Positions 49,336 through 61,906 of a stretch of DNA of 64,000 nucleotides are shown here, one piece after another (the first letter of the stretch is position 1; every line of letters begins with the position of its first letter). Location: NCBI GenBank assembly GCA_002189035.1, contig NEEC01000017.1, forward strand, positions 1 to 64,000, written 5' to 3'. The translations under genes and the position numbers were made by a program. A model generated the notes under the pieces. It was not told where the DNA came from and made no database searches. It saw only the letters and a program-made list of their open reading frames with translations. Origin of the DNA: Utricularia gibba (Eukaryota > Plantae > Magnoliophyta).

Positions 49336-51699
49336 TCAGATAATTACATTAAACATTAAGCAAATAGAAGAAATTTTTAAATTTTATTTACTTTCCAAAA
49401 AATGCTCGTTACACTATGGGTAAAAATAATTTTTAAAATTTTCTTGTTTCATGTTTTTTTAAAAAATTATGAATTCTTATGTGTTTAACATATAATAAAT
49501 ATATTGAATAGAACATCAATAACAATAACAAAATCGTTTTCTTTTTTTCATGACGATGAAAAGGGTCGTAGGTGTCCTCAATCGCACATGATTCATTATA
49601 CTGAACTGCTCCTGGACTTTTTCATGACACTACGGCTTATTCTTCAGTCTTGCGTTAATGAAAATAAAAGTTTTAAAGGGAATATTATTTGCGTTAATTA
49701 CTCCACTTCCATTGCACCTACACTGTATAGTACCATAAAATCTACGGCTTGTGGTTGCTATCTCGCGAAATTTGTCTTCATCACCAATCCTTTTAGATTG
49801 TTCCTTTACTCTGGTCAGCTTTCCATGGACTCCTTAATGGGAAGTCATTTACAGCTACCTCTGACGTGAAATACTCTACACCTAGCAGCATCGAAAGCCA
49901 GAGCTCGGAAAACACACAATAATGGGAAGTAGTTATAGTCATCTGCGGAAGTTGAAATTCGCGGGCCAATTTTTTAAAATGCCTGTGTCAGATTAAAAAA
50001 TTTGTAAAAATACCTGTGGTTTTTTTATACTTACACAAATACCTATAGTTTTATATTTTCTTGTCAAAATACCTGTGTTTTTATTATTAAAAATATAAAA
50101 CAAATTTTTAATAATATATGTAGTTTTATCCTGTGTTTTTTTACATAAATGTATTATTATTAAAAATATATGTAGTTTTTTAAATTGAAAACAAATTTTA
50201 ACCACTTTCACTTTCTTTTTATATTTACTCAATAAAAATTTAGAAATTTGACTAAATATTGTAATTACACATTTTATATATATTTTTTTGTTTAGTGATA
50301 AAATACATTTGAAAAAATATTCGAATTTGTACTAATTTCGAGTTATATATTTATTTTTGTAACATTTGAAAATTTATGATATATTAGATTAGTTGTTTAT
50401 TAAATTTGATAATATTTTGATTTATTAAGAGTTTTTACATATGAATACTTTTCGATATATTAATTTTTATTTTTTCAAAATACAATAATTTAAAAACCAT
50501 ACTTTTTTGTTTTGCTGTTACTAGGTAATTAAAAATGTAATCAGATTTACATTAATAAATTTTTAATATTCATCTAAATTTTAGATTTTTTATTTCTTTA
50601 ATCATTATTTTTTCTTTATTAACAAAATTCATCCATTTAAATATTCTTTTAGACAAATAATTCAGCCCTTTTATTAAAATAAAAGTTTTTATAAAATTAT
50701 CTATTAATATTTAGTTATTATGAAAAGAATTATATTGTTTTCATCTTTTTTAACATAAATTCATTGTTATACTTGTAATTTTTATTGAAATTAAAAAATA
50801 AATTTAAAAGATCAACAATTTACTTTTGTATATTAATTCTTGAACATTTAACTATTACTCGATTAATGTTTTATATTGTTATGGGTGAAATAGGTATCCG
50901 TTGGGGGCCGGTTTCAGGTGATAGGCGCGGTTGGGAATGCCACGCTTGGTCACGTTCTTCACGGTTGGTGCGATTGAAATAAGAATGAGCAAGAATTTTT
51001 ACGTGGAAACCGTCGGAAAGCGGAAAAACCATGGAGCTGCCGGAGCTCGTCGGAGAAGAGTTTCACTAGATGGAGATCGTTAAGAGGAGAATACAAATTG
51101 AAGAAATCTTTTTTGTCCCACCTCTTTCTTGTCATAATTCCGTCTATTTATAGGAGAGCTCACTCTGATCGAATTCTGGTGTCCGCAAATATCGGTTGCT
51201 TTCTGCTCCTGCTATATGATCTCGCTTTTCAGATATCGGCCGCCTGTTATTAGCCCTTTTTGGGGTAAATCGGGGGATCAGAACTACTACGATACCGATT
51301 CTTGAGCTGCCGCTTCCCCCGAATAAGCCACATGCCGTTCTCTGCCACGCGTCAGTTCGTTGGCATGCCACGTTTTTTCCCGGTCATTCTGGGTACCCCA
51401 AACGTCACGACGCTTCGTCTCCTTGAACTTTCCCGTATAAATAAGCGCCCTTCGCTTCAGTTCTTTCCTTTGCCCTTTCTGTTGCCTGCAAGAGTTTTGT
51501 GCCCTCCGTGCTCCGTCACACTCGTCCGCCGCTCGATCATCGCGATATCCGTCGGAAACCGCCAATTTTCCAGGTATCATTCGGTTCTTCGTCTTTTCTG
51601 TTCGGTCTTCTGGGATTTTTGACGGGTCCCCCTTGTCATTCTAAGTACTTCCCCCTCCCTGACTCCTGCCTCGTTCTAGGGTTTTGGGCTTCTTTGAAA

Positions 51700-53925
51700 A
51701 TGGGTAGGAGATCTAGTGAACTAAACATCCCCTCCCTTCGCATTCGGTATTCGATCCCTGATGAGTACCAGCTTTCTCATGCTCGGGATACTGAAATCCC
51801 TTGGGGGTAGGTGAGGACCCCCTGCCTCCATTCAGTCTCCCAATTCCACTTGCCTATTTCGAAAGCGGTTTACGCTTCCCTTTTCACCCTTTCATAGTCC
51901 GTTTTCTCTATACCTTTGCAATTCCGATTTACTGTCTTGCCCCGAATTCCATATTCTGCTTTACCACTTTCCTTTTCTATTCGGTCGGTATGGATCCGGC
52001 TATGACTCTGATAGACTTCTGTCATCTCTTCAAGATAGCCGTTCGTAAAGCTAAGTCCCCGATGGATGACCGATCTCACTTTCAATTCCGCCGATTTGAA
52101 GATAACCCCAACTTTGTTGTTAAAGCCCTCGATACCCACCATGATTGGTGATCTTCTTTCGTTTGGATAGCTCCCCCTTTGGGTTCTCGGTGGAACTTCC
52201 CAGTCGATCCCCCAAGTCCTTTCAGGATCAAGATCTTGGGTGCATATCGGTCTTCTTCCGAATCTCACGAAGTCCTTTATGAGAGGCTTAGTCGGGGTTC
52301 AGTTCGGTATGAGTCTCATGCCTTGATGTTCTCGGGTGAGTCGTTGAAAAGATCAGGTATTATCGGTCGTTCCCGAGACCTCCATTGGCCCGATATCATT
52401 CCTTTCGACGGCACCGATTCGAGGAGCCTTCCTCTTAGCCCCTCTTCATCCTTCCCTCTTGTTCCGGCTTCACCTCCGATTCCCCCACCTGTTCAAACCG
52501 GGGCCCCCAAGAAAAAGAAGAGGGTTAAGACAGTTGCACACAAACCTCAAAGAGGCAAAGAGGTAGTCGGGTTCAGCTTTCCCGAGTCTCAGAATCGGCA
52601 CTATGCCTTATTGCTTTTCCTTCTTTCGTTTTCAGCTGAAGAGATGGCTCGAAGAAGCTCTCTGGAAGATTCGGTGATGGCGCGGTTGTCTGCCGAGATG
52701 TAGAGGATGCAGGAACCCGAGGATCCCTCCCCTGCACCAGTCTATCTCCTATTTAACAGTTACCGCGAATTCTCGATTATAACCTTTTTTCCTTTCAGGC
52801 TGATACGATTGGAGCTCAGCTGGACGCCGCTGATCCTTCCTCAGGGAAGATCAAGTAGTAGAAGTCTCCGAGATCCGGGAGTTGACTTCCCGTCCTTCAG
52901 CCGGGAAAGGGAAAGAGAAACTTCCTCCATCACCCGATCTCAGCTATTCTCCTATTCCTGATGCAAGATTCTTTTCGGCTGGTGCTTCAACATCGGCTCT
53001 TCCAATCGAGTTACAGAGGGATTCTCCCTCGCAGAAGTAAGGGACAACCCGGTGCTTCCTCTACCTTCAGTTCCAGCTGAACTAAGGGGAATCCTGGATG
53101 GAGCTATGTCTAGTACCTCGGGTGTTCAGCCGGAGGCAGTACTGGAAGGGATCTGGCAGGTACGTATCCCGTTTCCTCTTCTAAATTCTAAGTAGTCGGT
53201 CCTTGACTTGGGATATTCTTTTAGGCTCTGACTCTTGGGTTGGGAATGGTTAGAGAGATTGGCTCTCAATCGGAGGAAGTCTCTCGGCTTCAAGCCCAAG
53301 TTGTGGCTCAGAGCGCCCAGATAAAGTTGTTGGAGGAGGAGGGGAGTTCGCTGAAAACCGTTTTAGGGAAACGCAGCCGCCAGGAGGAAGAACTGTGAAA
53401 TGTGATCGAGGAAATGGGAAAGGCGGTTGACGACGCTCAATCAGAGAGAGAGGGCTTAAAAGTCCGATTTGAAGAGGCAGAACTGGAGTTAGAGCATGCC
53501 AGGGCCGCATTTCAGCATTGGAGGCCGAATTACTTGATCGACAAGCATCTCGGCAGGGTCTTCTGGATGACTTTGTCAACTCGGCCTGTTTTGCCAAACT
53601 CTCTGATATCTATGCAGGAGATTTAATCGGCTTACTTCTATACCGTCAGAGACGACAGTTTAGCCGGGAATTTGGGCTTTCAATCATGGATCCGCGCTTC
53701 GACATGATAAACCCCTTGATGAAGGATGAGAACATGCTTGATGTTATCACGGATACTTTCCAGGCCCCGGAGTTCGGGTTCGAAGCTGATCGGGAGCGAC
53801 TGATTGCACTGATTCAGGCGAGGATAGGGCGAGAGAATGACGCCAAGCTGAGGGCAAGGATGGAACGGCATACCGGTTCCTCTGCCAATCCTCCCGATAA
53901 TCCCCCATCCCCTCCTGTACTTTAG
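51700..53925 (+). pseudogene. Antisense accessory gene of Retand (Transposase_28-like domain, NLS, coiled coil)
   Basis: LRIRYSIPDEYQL...FESGLRFPFHPFIVRFL...LAPNSI...W*SSFVWI; PKKKKRVK (52506-52529); intron 53160-53224; E/K-rich helical C-terminal part. Contains stops and frameshifts. Confidence 0.78.
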
Positions 53926-54699
53926 TAATTTTTGACTTGAAGTTATTCCCCTGCTGTGGGGCTTTTTGGATAATTTTGATCTCCCGGTTCGGGGTTTTCT
54001 TCTAATTTACTCTGTTTTTTGCGCATCACTTTTGCCTTTGGTGACGTTCACATTTCATGGGAAGCCTCGAGTTGGTATGTTGTGTCTATTACGTGCTTAG
54101 ACTCTGAGATTCGCCTATGCTTTTGTGATTCGGGGGTGGATGCCTCCTCGCCAACCCTTTGATTGGGCTTTTTGATTTTAGTTTGCCTTAGTGTTTCCTC
54201 ATGCGAGTTGAACCGCTGCTAGGGAAGTAGGTCGGAACCCCTCATGGGTTGAGCGACTTCCCCAATCCGAAAGGGCCCTCTTCTGGCCATAACCCATTGT
54301 TTTGAACATGGGTGGATTTGCTTCGGTTGCTCTTGCCGCCTCGAGATTCCGACAATAAGGTCAATACTTAAGGGCTTTTTAGGGCTTACACGTGCGGTTT
54401 ACATAAACCGGTGCCCAAATCGTACTAGGGCTTATTCTTGCTATTGACGCCTGGGTTGGTGGATCGCATATATATATCGTGGGAGACCCCGAGTCGATTT
54501 GCTGTATCCCATAGGGGACTCCGATTTAGGAGATTCGTCTGGGCTTACGTTACTTGGCCAGAGCTTTAGATCTTTGATGGTCTGCCTGGGCTTACGCGAT
54601 TCAGCGAGGGCTTGTGTTTTGTTTTTCCATCTCCATTTCGGAGGAATTTATAGGTGCATGAGCGTTTTGGGGAAGAGAATGCCGAATCTTGTGACAGAG

Positions 54700-57600
54700 A
54701 TTGATATTGAGTCGGTTAGGCGTAGAACTTCCTTACATGTGACGCGTTCCATGACCTTGGGAGTTCCACGCCATCTAATTGTTCCAGGCGATATGCTCCT
54801 TTTCCGATCACCCTTGAAATCCGATAAGGGCCTTCCCAGTTGCGGTCTAATTTCCCGACGTGTCTTTGTGGTTGGATGCTTCGGAGCACCAAATCTCCCT
54901 CGGAGAATTCCCTTGAGGATACCGAGTTGTTGTAACTCTTTTCCGTTGTTCTCTGATAAGCCCCTAGTCGGCTATAGATGCTTCATCGCTTCTCTTCCAA
55001 CAGCTCCAATTCCAGTTTTCGGAGTTCAGTATTCTCTTCTTCGTTATAATGCTCTACCCGATAGCTCTTCAAGGTCAGTTCGATAGGGCATAAGGGTTCT
55101 GATACGTAAACCAATAAGAATGGGGACTCTTCCGTGGTGGTTCGAGGGGTAGTGCGATATGACCACAGTACCTCATCTAAGCGATCTGTCCATTACCCCC
55201 AAAATCTTCGAGCTTAGTCTTCATACCTAGTCGGAGCGTTCAGTTCGTTACCTGTGTGAGGCCATTGCTTTGCGGGTGATATATCGAGGTGAAGTTGTGC
55301 TTGACGAATTGAGTTCCGTTATCAGTCACTAGCTCTCGAGGGATTCCGAACCGGATGAAGATGTTTTTCCACAAAAATCAGATAACGGTCTCCTCCAAGA
55401 TCTTTGCCACGGCTTCAGCCTCTACCCACTTGGAAAAATACTCAACACCCACGATGACGAATTTCCTTTGACCCGAGGTGTGGGGAAGGGCCCCATTATA
55501 TCCACCCCTCATCGGTCAAAGGGGCAAGAGAGTGGGAGAGAGATCAGTTTGCTTACTGGTTTTCTTGGTATACTTGCATGGTATTGGCACACTTTACACT
55601 TCTTCACCATATCGATAATATCCTGCTTCATAGTTGGCTAGTAGTACCCGGTTCTTAGAACTTTCCGGCATAAGGATCGTGTTCCAATATGGCTGCCGCA
55701 TTCACCCTCATGTAGATTGGTTATGAGTTCTTGAGAATGCTTTGCCCCGATGCACCTCAATAAGGGTCCATCTAAGGATTTGTGATAGAGAATTTCATTC
55801 ACCAACGTATACCTCTTCACTCTAATCTCTAACTATCGGGCTTTCGGCTTATCAGATGGGATTTTCCCATTTTGTAAATACCGGATGTAGGGCGTCGTCC
55901 AGTCATCAAGGGGACTCAGTTGTGAAGAGATATTGTTTCCCGGTTGCTGGGTGATATGATTCACGGCTCGTAGGCTTACCGAAGGTTGGTCCCGCAACCG
56001 AATTGTCACACTTCCTTCTCTTAACTCGTGAAACCCTGCTGCGAATCGGGCGAGGCTATCCACGGACCCGTTTTTCTCACGTGCTATGTACGACAGGGTG
56101 AACTCCTTGAAGGTTTTAGCCAATTCCTTCACCTGGACACGGTACACAGCCATGAGGCAGTCATGGGTTTCGTATTCTCCGAAAATTGCCCTTGCACAAG
56201 CCACGAGTTGGTGTAAACGTCGAGTTCTGCCACTCCCAGCTCCTTGGCGATTTTCATTCCCTCGATCAGGGCTTCATATTCGGCCACATTGTTGGAGGCA
56301 GGGAATAAGAATTTCACCGTAATATAAATATGCTCTCCTTCTCGGGTTCTAATGTCTATCCTCCTCCGGCACCGTTGTATGTTGAGCAATCCACGTACAT
56401 AGCCCATCGGTCATTGGCTTCCATGAAACGGTCTATAGGCCTGGTCATTTCGACCACAAAATCGGCAAGAGGTTGGGCCTTGATTGCTGTTCTCGACTTA
56501 AACTCAATATCCATTGTACTTAATTCAACTGCCCATTTGGCAACCCTTCCAGAAATCTTTGGACGAGATAGGATGTTCTTCAGAGGCCGATTGGTGAATA
56601 CCATGATGTGCCGATCTTGGAAATATGACCTCAATTTGATGGCTGCCCTCTTTAGAGCCAAGATGAATTTTTCTGTCACCGTATAGCAAGTTTCGGCCGG
56701 TAACAAAACTTTGCTTACATAATAAACCGGCAAGTGATTATCTACCGAGATGGTTGTCAAGACTACGCTGACTGCAACGGGCGATATAGACAGATATAGT
56801 CCTAAGGGCTCCCCTGCTTTCGGAGCCACAAGAAGCAGGGGTGATGAGAGATATTCCTTGAGTTTCTCAAAAGCAATCCGGCAATCCTCGTTCCATTCTA
56901 AAGCACTTCCCTTTTGCAAGACCTTGAAGAAGGATTCCGACTTATCGGCTGATCGAGATATGAAACAGCTGAGGGCAGCCAATTTACCCGTGAGGCTCTG
57001 ATACTCCTTGATTGTCCTCGAGGGTTGCATTTCGCATATTGCCTTAATCTTCTCGGGGTCAGCCTCGATTCCTCTCTCTGATACGTAATACCCAAGGAAT
57101 TTTCCACTTTGCATCCCGAAGCAACATTTCAATGGGTTAAGCTTTAACCCGTATGACCGACATAAAGAGAAACACGAATCCAAATACGCTAAATGGTCTT
57201 CTCCATTCATAGATTTCACGATCATATCGTCCACATACACCTCCATTGAGGTATCAATTTCATAAGAGAATATTTTATTTACCAACCTCTGGTAAGTCGC
57301 CCCAGCATTCTTCAATCCAAAAGGCATTGCCACGTAGCAGTAAACCCCATCCTTAGTGTAGAAGGTGGTTTTCGGTTGGTCTTTCTCTGCAACGAAAATT
57401 TGATGATACCCCGAATAGGCATCCATGATGCTCAGGAATTGGGATCCGGCAATGGCGTCTACTAGCTTGTCGATCTTTGGAAAAGGATAAGGGTCCCTTT
57501 CGCAGCAGGCGTTGAGGTCGGTGAAGTCAATGCACATCCTCCATTTTCCCCCGGGCTTCGGGACGACGACTGGGTTGGCTACTCATTCGGAGTACTAGAT

Positions 57601-58587
57601 TTCCTTCACATAACCAGCTTCCAAGAGCTCTCTTGTTTTTTCTTTGATAATTTGGCACTTTTCCTTTGAGAAATGTCGTTGCTTCTGCTGAACCGGTTTT
57701 GCCCCCGGGTAGGTATCAATGTGATGTTCGGAAACGGATCGATCGATGCCTACAAAATCTGCAGCAGTCCAAGCAAAAATATCGGTGTTCTTCATCAAAA
57801 GTTCAACTAACCTTTTCTCGAATCCAGCGTCTAGATTGGCACCGATGCGGGTGGCTTTCTGCGCATCTTCTGGTATTAGTTGCACCGACTTGTACCCTAT
57901 TGGTTCCATTGCTTGCCTAGGGGGTTCCCGGGGTTCCTTTTCTGCCATCATCACTCTCGACTTTTTAGCGCAGGGGTCCCGACAGGAAGATACGTAACAA
58001 GACCGGGCGGTTGGTTGGTCGATATCCATCGTGCAAATGCCCTTCGACATTGGGAATTTGATTCTCAAATGCACAGTGGAGGGTAACATACCGAATTGGT
58101 TGATGCCGAGTCGCCCGAGGATGATGTTGTACGAGATCCCTAAATCCAGGATTAAGAATTCCAACCTCTCGGTTCGGCTCCGCCTTGCCGCTCCGAATGT
58201 TACGGGCAGAATTATTTTCCCGATAGTTTGCACGGCCCGCTGGTCGAATGCGTAAAACTCCATGCGCACATGGCGAATATTTCCCTCGTTGGATGACGCC
58301 AGTAACTCGCCCACTTCCTTCTTCATGATGTTGCACGAGGATCCTTGATCGATAAGAATCCTCCTTACCTTGGCACTCCCACATATTCTTGACACCACCA
58401 AAGGCTCATCTCTCATGGCTGGGCCGGACGGGACGTCTTTGTCGGAGAAGCTGATCTCTTCCTTTTCCCAAGCAGCTTTCTCAGTCGGACCATTTCCGAT
58501 TTTGAAAACTTGTCCTTTTCTAGCTTCATCCAAATATCTCTTCCGTTCCTTTCCAGACACATCCATCTCGGTTCCTCCGGATATCAT
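54700..58587 (-). pseudogene. pol: Retand pol: protease, RT, RNase H, additional archaeal-type RNase H, integrase
   Basis: ILIDQGSSCNIM; MCIDFTDLN...MDAYSGYHQI...YVDDM; SNNVAEYEALIEG (aRH); H..ECGSHIG integrase zinc finger. Several stops and frameshifts. The 3' boundary is approximate. Confidence 0.92.
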
Positions 58588-58688
58588 ATGGATTTCCCGA
58601 ATATAGGGGGACTACCTTGCATTTGATGGGCACTCCGTGAACTTTCCGGTAGGTCTTGTCCTCTTCCAAGATTCGGTTCCCTGTTGGC

Positions 58689-60115
58689 TCATGAGTCCGC
58701 CATCCCCGGTTTCGGAGGGAATTTCGGATATCGGTTCTCTTCGTTCCCCGTTTGCTCGTTACGTCCTCTTTTCCAGTTCGTTATTGATGCGGGATTCCGC
58801 ATCGCGTTGTTCATCCCTCGACCAGCATGATACTGCTCAATCATCCTCTTCATCAGTCGGCAGTGGGCAGTATCATGCCCGGTGGTCTTGTGTATTTCGT
58901 AGTAGGCATCTGTTCTGGTTGGTTCCACCTGATATACTTCACGGCGCTTATTCGGCTTGGGCCCCGGTTAAGTTGGGTCTCCTGTTGTGGGACTGGACGA
59001 ATCTCCACGCGGCTTTTCATCTCGGCCCTGAGGTCGTCGTCGACTCGGATGTACTTCATGATTTTCCTTAACAATTCTCCGAGATTCTTTGGTGGGGACT
59101 TCGATAGACTCTGTCCCAATTTCGACGTTCCTAAGGCCCGCTTCATTATTTCCACCCTTTCTTTTAAATCTAATTGGACATCCTGCACCAAGCAGTTGAA
59201 TCGATCGATGAATCTTTGCAAGCTCTCTTTTCGGTGATCGTACCGAATAGAGTATAGTGATGCCTTCGAAGGTGGAGCTTCAATGTTAACAGCGTATCGG
59301 GTAGTGAAGATCAGTACTAATTCCCGATAAGATGCCACACTGTATGGTTCTAACTGTTTGAACCAAGTCTTCGCTCCTTTCTGGAGCGAGCAAGCAAACA
59401 GCTTACACTTCATGGCCTCTGAATGTCGAACTGTGGACATCCTCATATCGAAGTCGGTTACATGCGATATGGGGTCCCCTTTTCCGTCATACGTGGGTAA
59501 TCCGTCTGGGACTCTAAATCCTCTCTCGGGCTCTTCTCCGACTAAATCATCCGAGAAAGGGTCAAAATGCAGCGTTGTGGTTCCAGCCGCTCCCTCAACT
59601 CCACTCTTTAAGGCCAAAGGAATATCGGCCAAAACATCTCCTCTCCCAGTGGATACGTTCTGATCGAAAACGTCCCTGAAGCCTCTATCCTCTCTTCTCC
59701 CTGCCAACATCCTCTTGTCGATAAATCTTTTCCTCTCGCGGATCAGCTCTAACTCTCTCTTCAACTCTTATTCTCTTTCTTCCAAGATTTTGCTAGTCAT
59801 GTTTTCCCTATCAGCACCTGGCTCATACACGACTTGGTTGCGCCTCTTTCTCCGTAGCATCTCCTCTTCGATTTCGGATTCAGTCTACGTATCTGGGGGG
59901 TACTCCGGAATAAGAGGTTGCTTCGCCGTTCGTGGTGCGGTTTCGGGTGTTCTCTCCTGGGCGTTGGAGTTGAGACCTGAAGGCGCCCGGAGGTCGGTAA
60001 GGATTTCCGTTAGCAGGGCCTTCAGTTGCTCCCTGCTAGTGATCATAAAGCCGGGGTCTCGCGCGTCAGCACTTCCGTCATGAGCCGGGTCGGTGGCTGT
60101 GCTATTTTCCGCCAT
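58689..60115 (-). pseudogene. gag: Retand gag
   Basis: ORFs 59885..60115 and 58853..59764 (YDGKGDPISHV, KCKLFACSL...AKTWF) and CHHC-type YYEIHKTTGHDTAHC. Confidence 0.88.
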
Positions 60116-60171
60116 GACTCGTGATTAGCGAGTGGCTCCTTGTGGGTTTCTCAAATGGGACTGTGGAACAT

Positions 60172-60190
60172 AGCCCCACGGTGGGTGCCA
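60172..60190 (-). promoter_or_regulatory. Primer-binding site complementary to the tRNA-Lys 3' end
   Basis: Minus strand TGGCACCCACCGTGGGGCT, one mismatch from the complement of the plant tRNA-Lys(CUU) 3' end, 4 nt from the LTR. Confidence 0.85.
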
Positions 60191-60194
60191 AATA

Positions 60195-60721
60195 TGTTAT
60201 GGGTGAAATCGGTATCCGTTCGGGGGCCGGTTTCAGGTGATAGGCGCAGTTGGGAATGCCACGCTTGGTCACGTTCTTCACGGTTGGTGCGATTGAAATA
60301 AGAATGAACAAGGATTTTTACGTGGAAACCGCCGGAAAGCGGAAAAACCACGAAGCTGCCAGAACTCGCCGGAGAAGAGTTTCACTAGATGGAGATCGCT
60401 AAGAGGAGAATACAAATTGAAGAAATCTTTTTTGTCCCACCTCTTTCTTGTCATAATTCCGTCTATTTATAGGAGAGCTCACTCTGACCAAATTCTGGTG
60501 TCTGCAAATATCGGTTGCTTTCTGCTCCTGCTATACGATCTCGATTTTCAGATATCGGCCATCTGTTATACCGTAATTCGGCCGCTTTTCAAACTATGTC
60601 ATATGGCCATACCTGTCAGATTTCTGACAAACGTCGATCTGTCGTATGGCGTTATACTCTCGGGATCTCTTTTGGCAGCCTTTTAGGAACCGATTACCCT
60701 TGGCCGATTTTTCCCTTATCA
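60195..60721 (-). repeat. 5' LTR of Retand (527 bp)
   Basis: TG...CA termini. About 95% identical to 50877-51250 over ~373 bp. Confidence 0.92.
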
Positions 60722-61134
60722 TATATTACAATTTTTGTTTTCTATTTTTTAGTTATTATTTTTTTGTCATTAAGAGTAATCCATCAAAATAATTTTTTGA
60801 TTAATATTAACTTTGAAATAAACTAACGTGTCTTAATATATGATTGTATACATTTCAATAAAAATTAAAATGGGTATTAAAACATTAATTTCGAAATGAC
60901 AGGCATTTTTAAAAGAAAAAATTGAATCACACGTATTATGATGAAATCAAAAAAACAACAGGTATTTTGAAAAGAAAATTTTCTAACACAAGCATTTAAG
61001 TAAATTACTGGAAATTTGCGTATTGTGATCCCTGAGAAACCATTTGTACGCTCTGCTTTACGGGTATTGCTCCTGCTGGTGAACAATGAACTGAAAAATA
61101 TTGGGATAAATAGAGTTTCGCCTTACAAATTTGA

Positions 61135-61906
61135 TTACTTGTAGTCATGCAGCGGTGTCGTATTCCTGTCAAGATAAGCCAACACTGCCACCGTGGTGAC
61201 AGACCCGACAAACATTGGGATAGGCCCAAAGATCCAGAGCAGTAACGTGGTGGCGAAGTAGAGGGATCTTAGCCCGAGCTGCCAAAACTCACTTCCTCTG
61301 ATCACCTCCTTTTCAACAAAACCGTGTGGGACATCTTCATTACGCATGCTAATGAGGTAATTTGCATGTACGAAATACCTAGCTGTCTGAACGAAGCAGG
61401 CGAAAGCCACCAAGAAAAATGCAAGAAGAGCTGTGTACTTGATGTATATTGTCGATATGCTTTTGCTGCCATAGATATACCTATGGGTGAAAGCATTTGC
61501 ATCGGAACTGCCAATCAATGCCCCCATCACAGAACTGAGAACCAAACAGATTGATGCTAGAGCTGTGGCGGCGCTTATATTGCTGGATACCACACTGATC
61601 ATTGGCGCTCTTTCCTTTACATCCACCTGGGACCATAAATGAAGTATATGTATCAGATAGTAGGCATAGCAGAATGATTGGGTTCATCTCAGAAAATCTA
61701 CTTCATAGAAAATTCAGAATACTAACCTGAAACATTCTTCGAACCCATGCTCGTTTATTGTGATTCTCAAACCCAATGACCGTGGTTCCGGGATACTTGA
61801 GGTATCTGTAGAGAAGGATGAGATGGTACAGAAGCATGATGCTCAATCCAAACGACACTAAACCAACATCGAGGTAAAGCTCCACCCATGATGCTCTTGG
61901 TGCCAT
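61135..61906 (-). CDS. DUF599-family membrane protein, 2 exons (61906-61727, 61626-61135), 223 aa
   Basis: LDVGLVSFGLSIMLLYHLILLYR...GFENHNKRAWV; LLAFFLVAFACFVQTARYFVHANYLIS; RGSEFWQLGLRSLYFATTLLLWIFGPIPMF. Phase-0 100-nt intron CAG|GTTAGT...CCCAG|GTG. No disruptions. Confidence 0.92.

Larger units (their letters stand above)
50877..60721 (-). mobile_element. Ty3/gypsy Tat-clade (Retand-type) retrotransposon, 9.8 kb
   Basis: TSD TATAT (50872-50876, 60722-60726); 5' LTR 60195-60721; truncated 3' LTR 50877-~51250; tRNA-Lys-type PBS; order gag-PR-RT-RH-aRH-INT; long 3' region with an antisense ORF. Confidence 0.93.
49964..61010. mobile_element. Non-autonomous Mutator-like element (~1.2 kb once the nested Retand is removed)
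   Basis: ~110-bp imperfect TIRs with AAAATACCTGT subrepeats (49964-50075, 60895-61010). 9-10-bp TSD GAAATTCGC(G)/GAAATTTGC(G) at 49954 and 61011. AT-rich interior. Confidence 0.75.

Noticed and set aside
47520-50870. Short ORFs in very AT-rich sequence, including 49504..49869
   Set aside because: Low-complexity translations with no motifs or splice-supported structure.
54499-59663. Plus-strand ORFs overlapping Retand gag-pol (e.g. 54499..55086, 58637..59071)
   Set aside because: Antisense shadows of coding sequence with no domain features, unlike the antisense gene at 51.7-53.9 kb.
61005-61140. Possible third DUF599 exon through GTAATC at the stop codon
   Set aside because: Candidate introns are only 48-63 nt and the resulting peptide is not recognisable. 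The two-exon model already covers the family domain.
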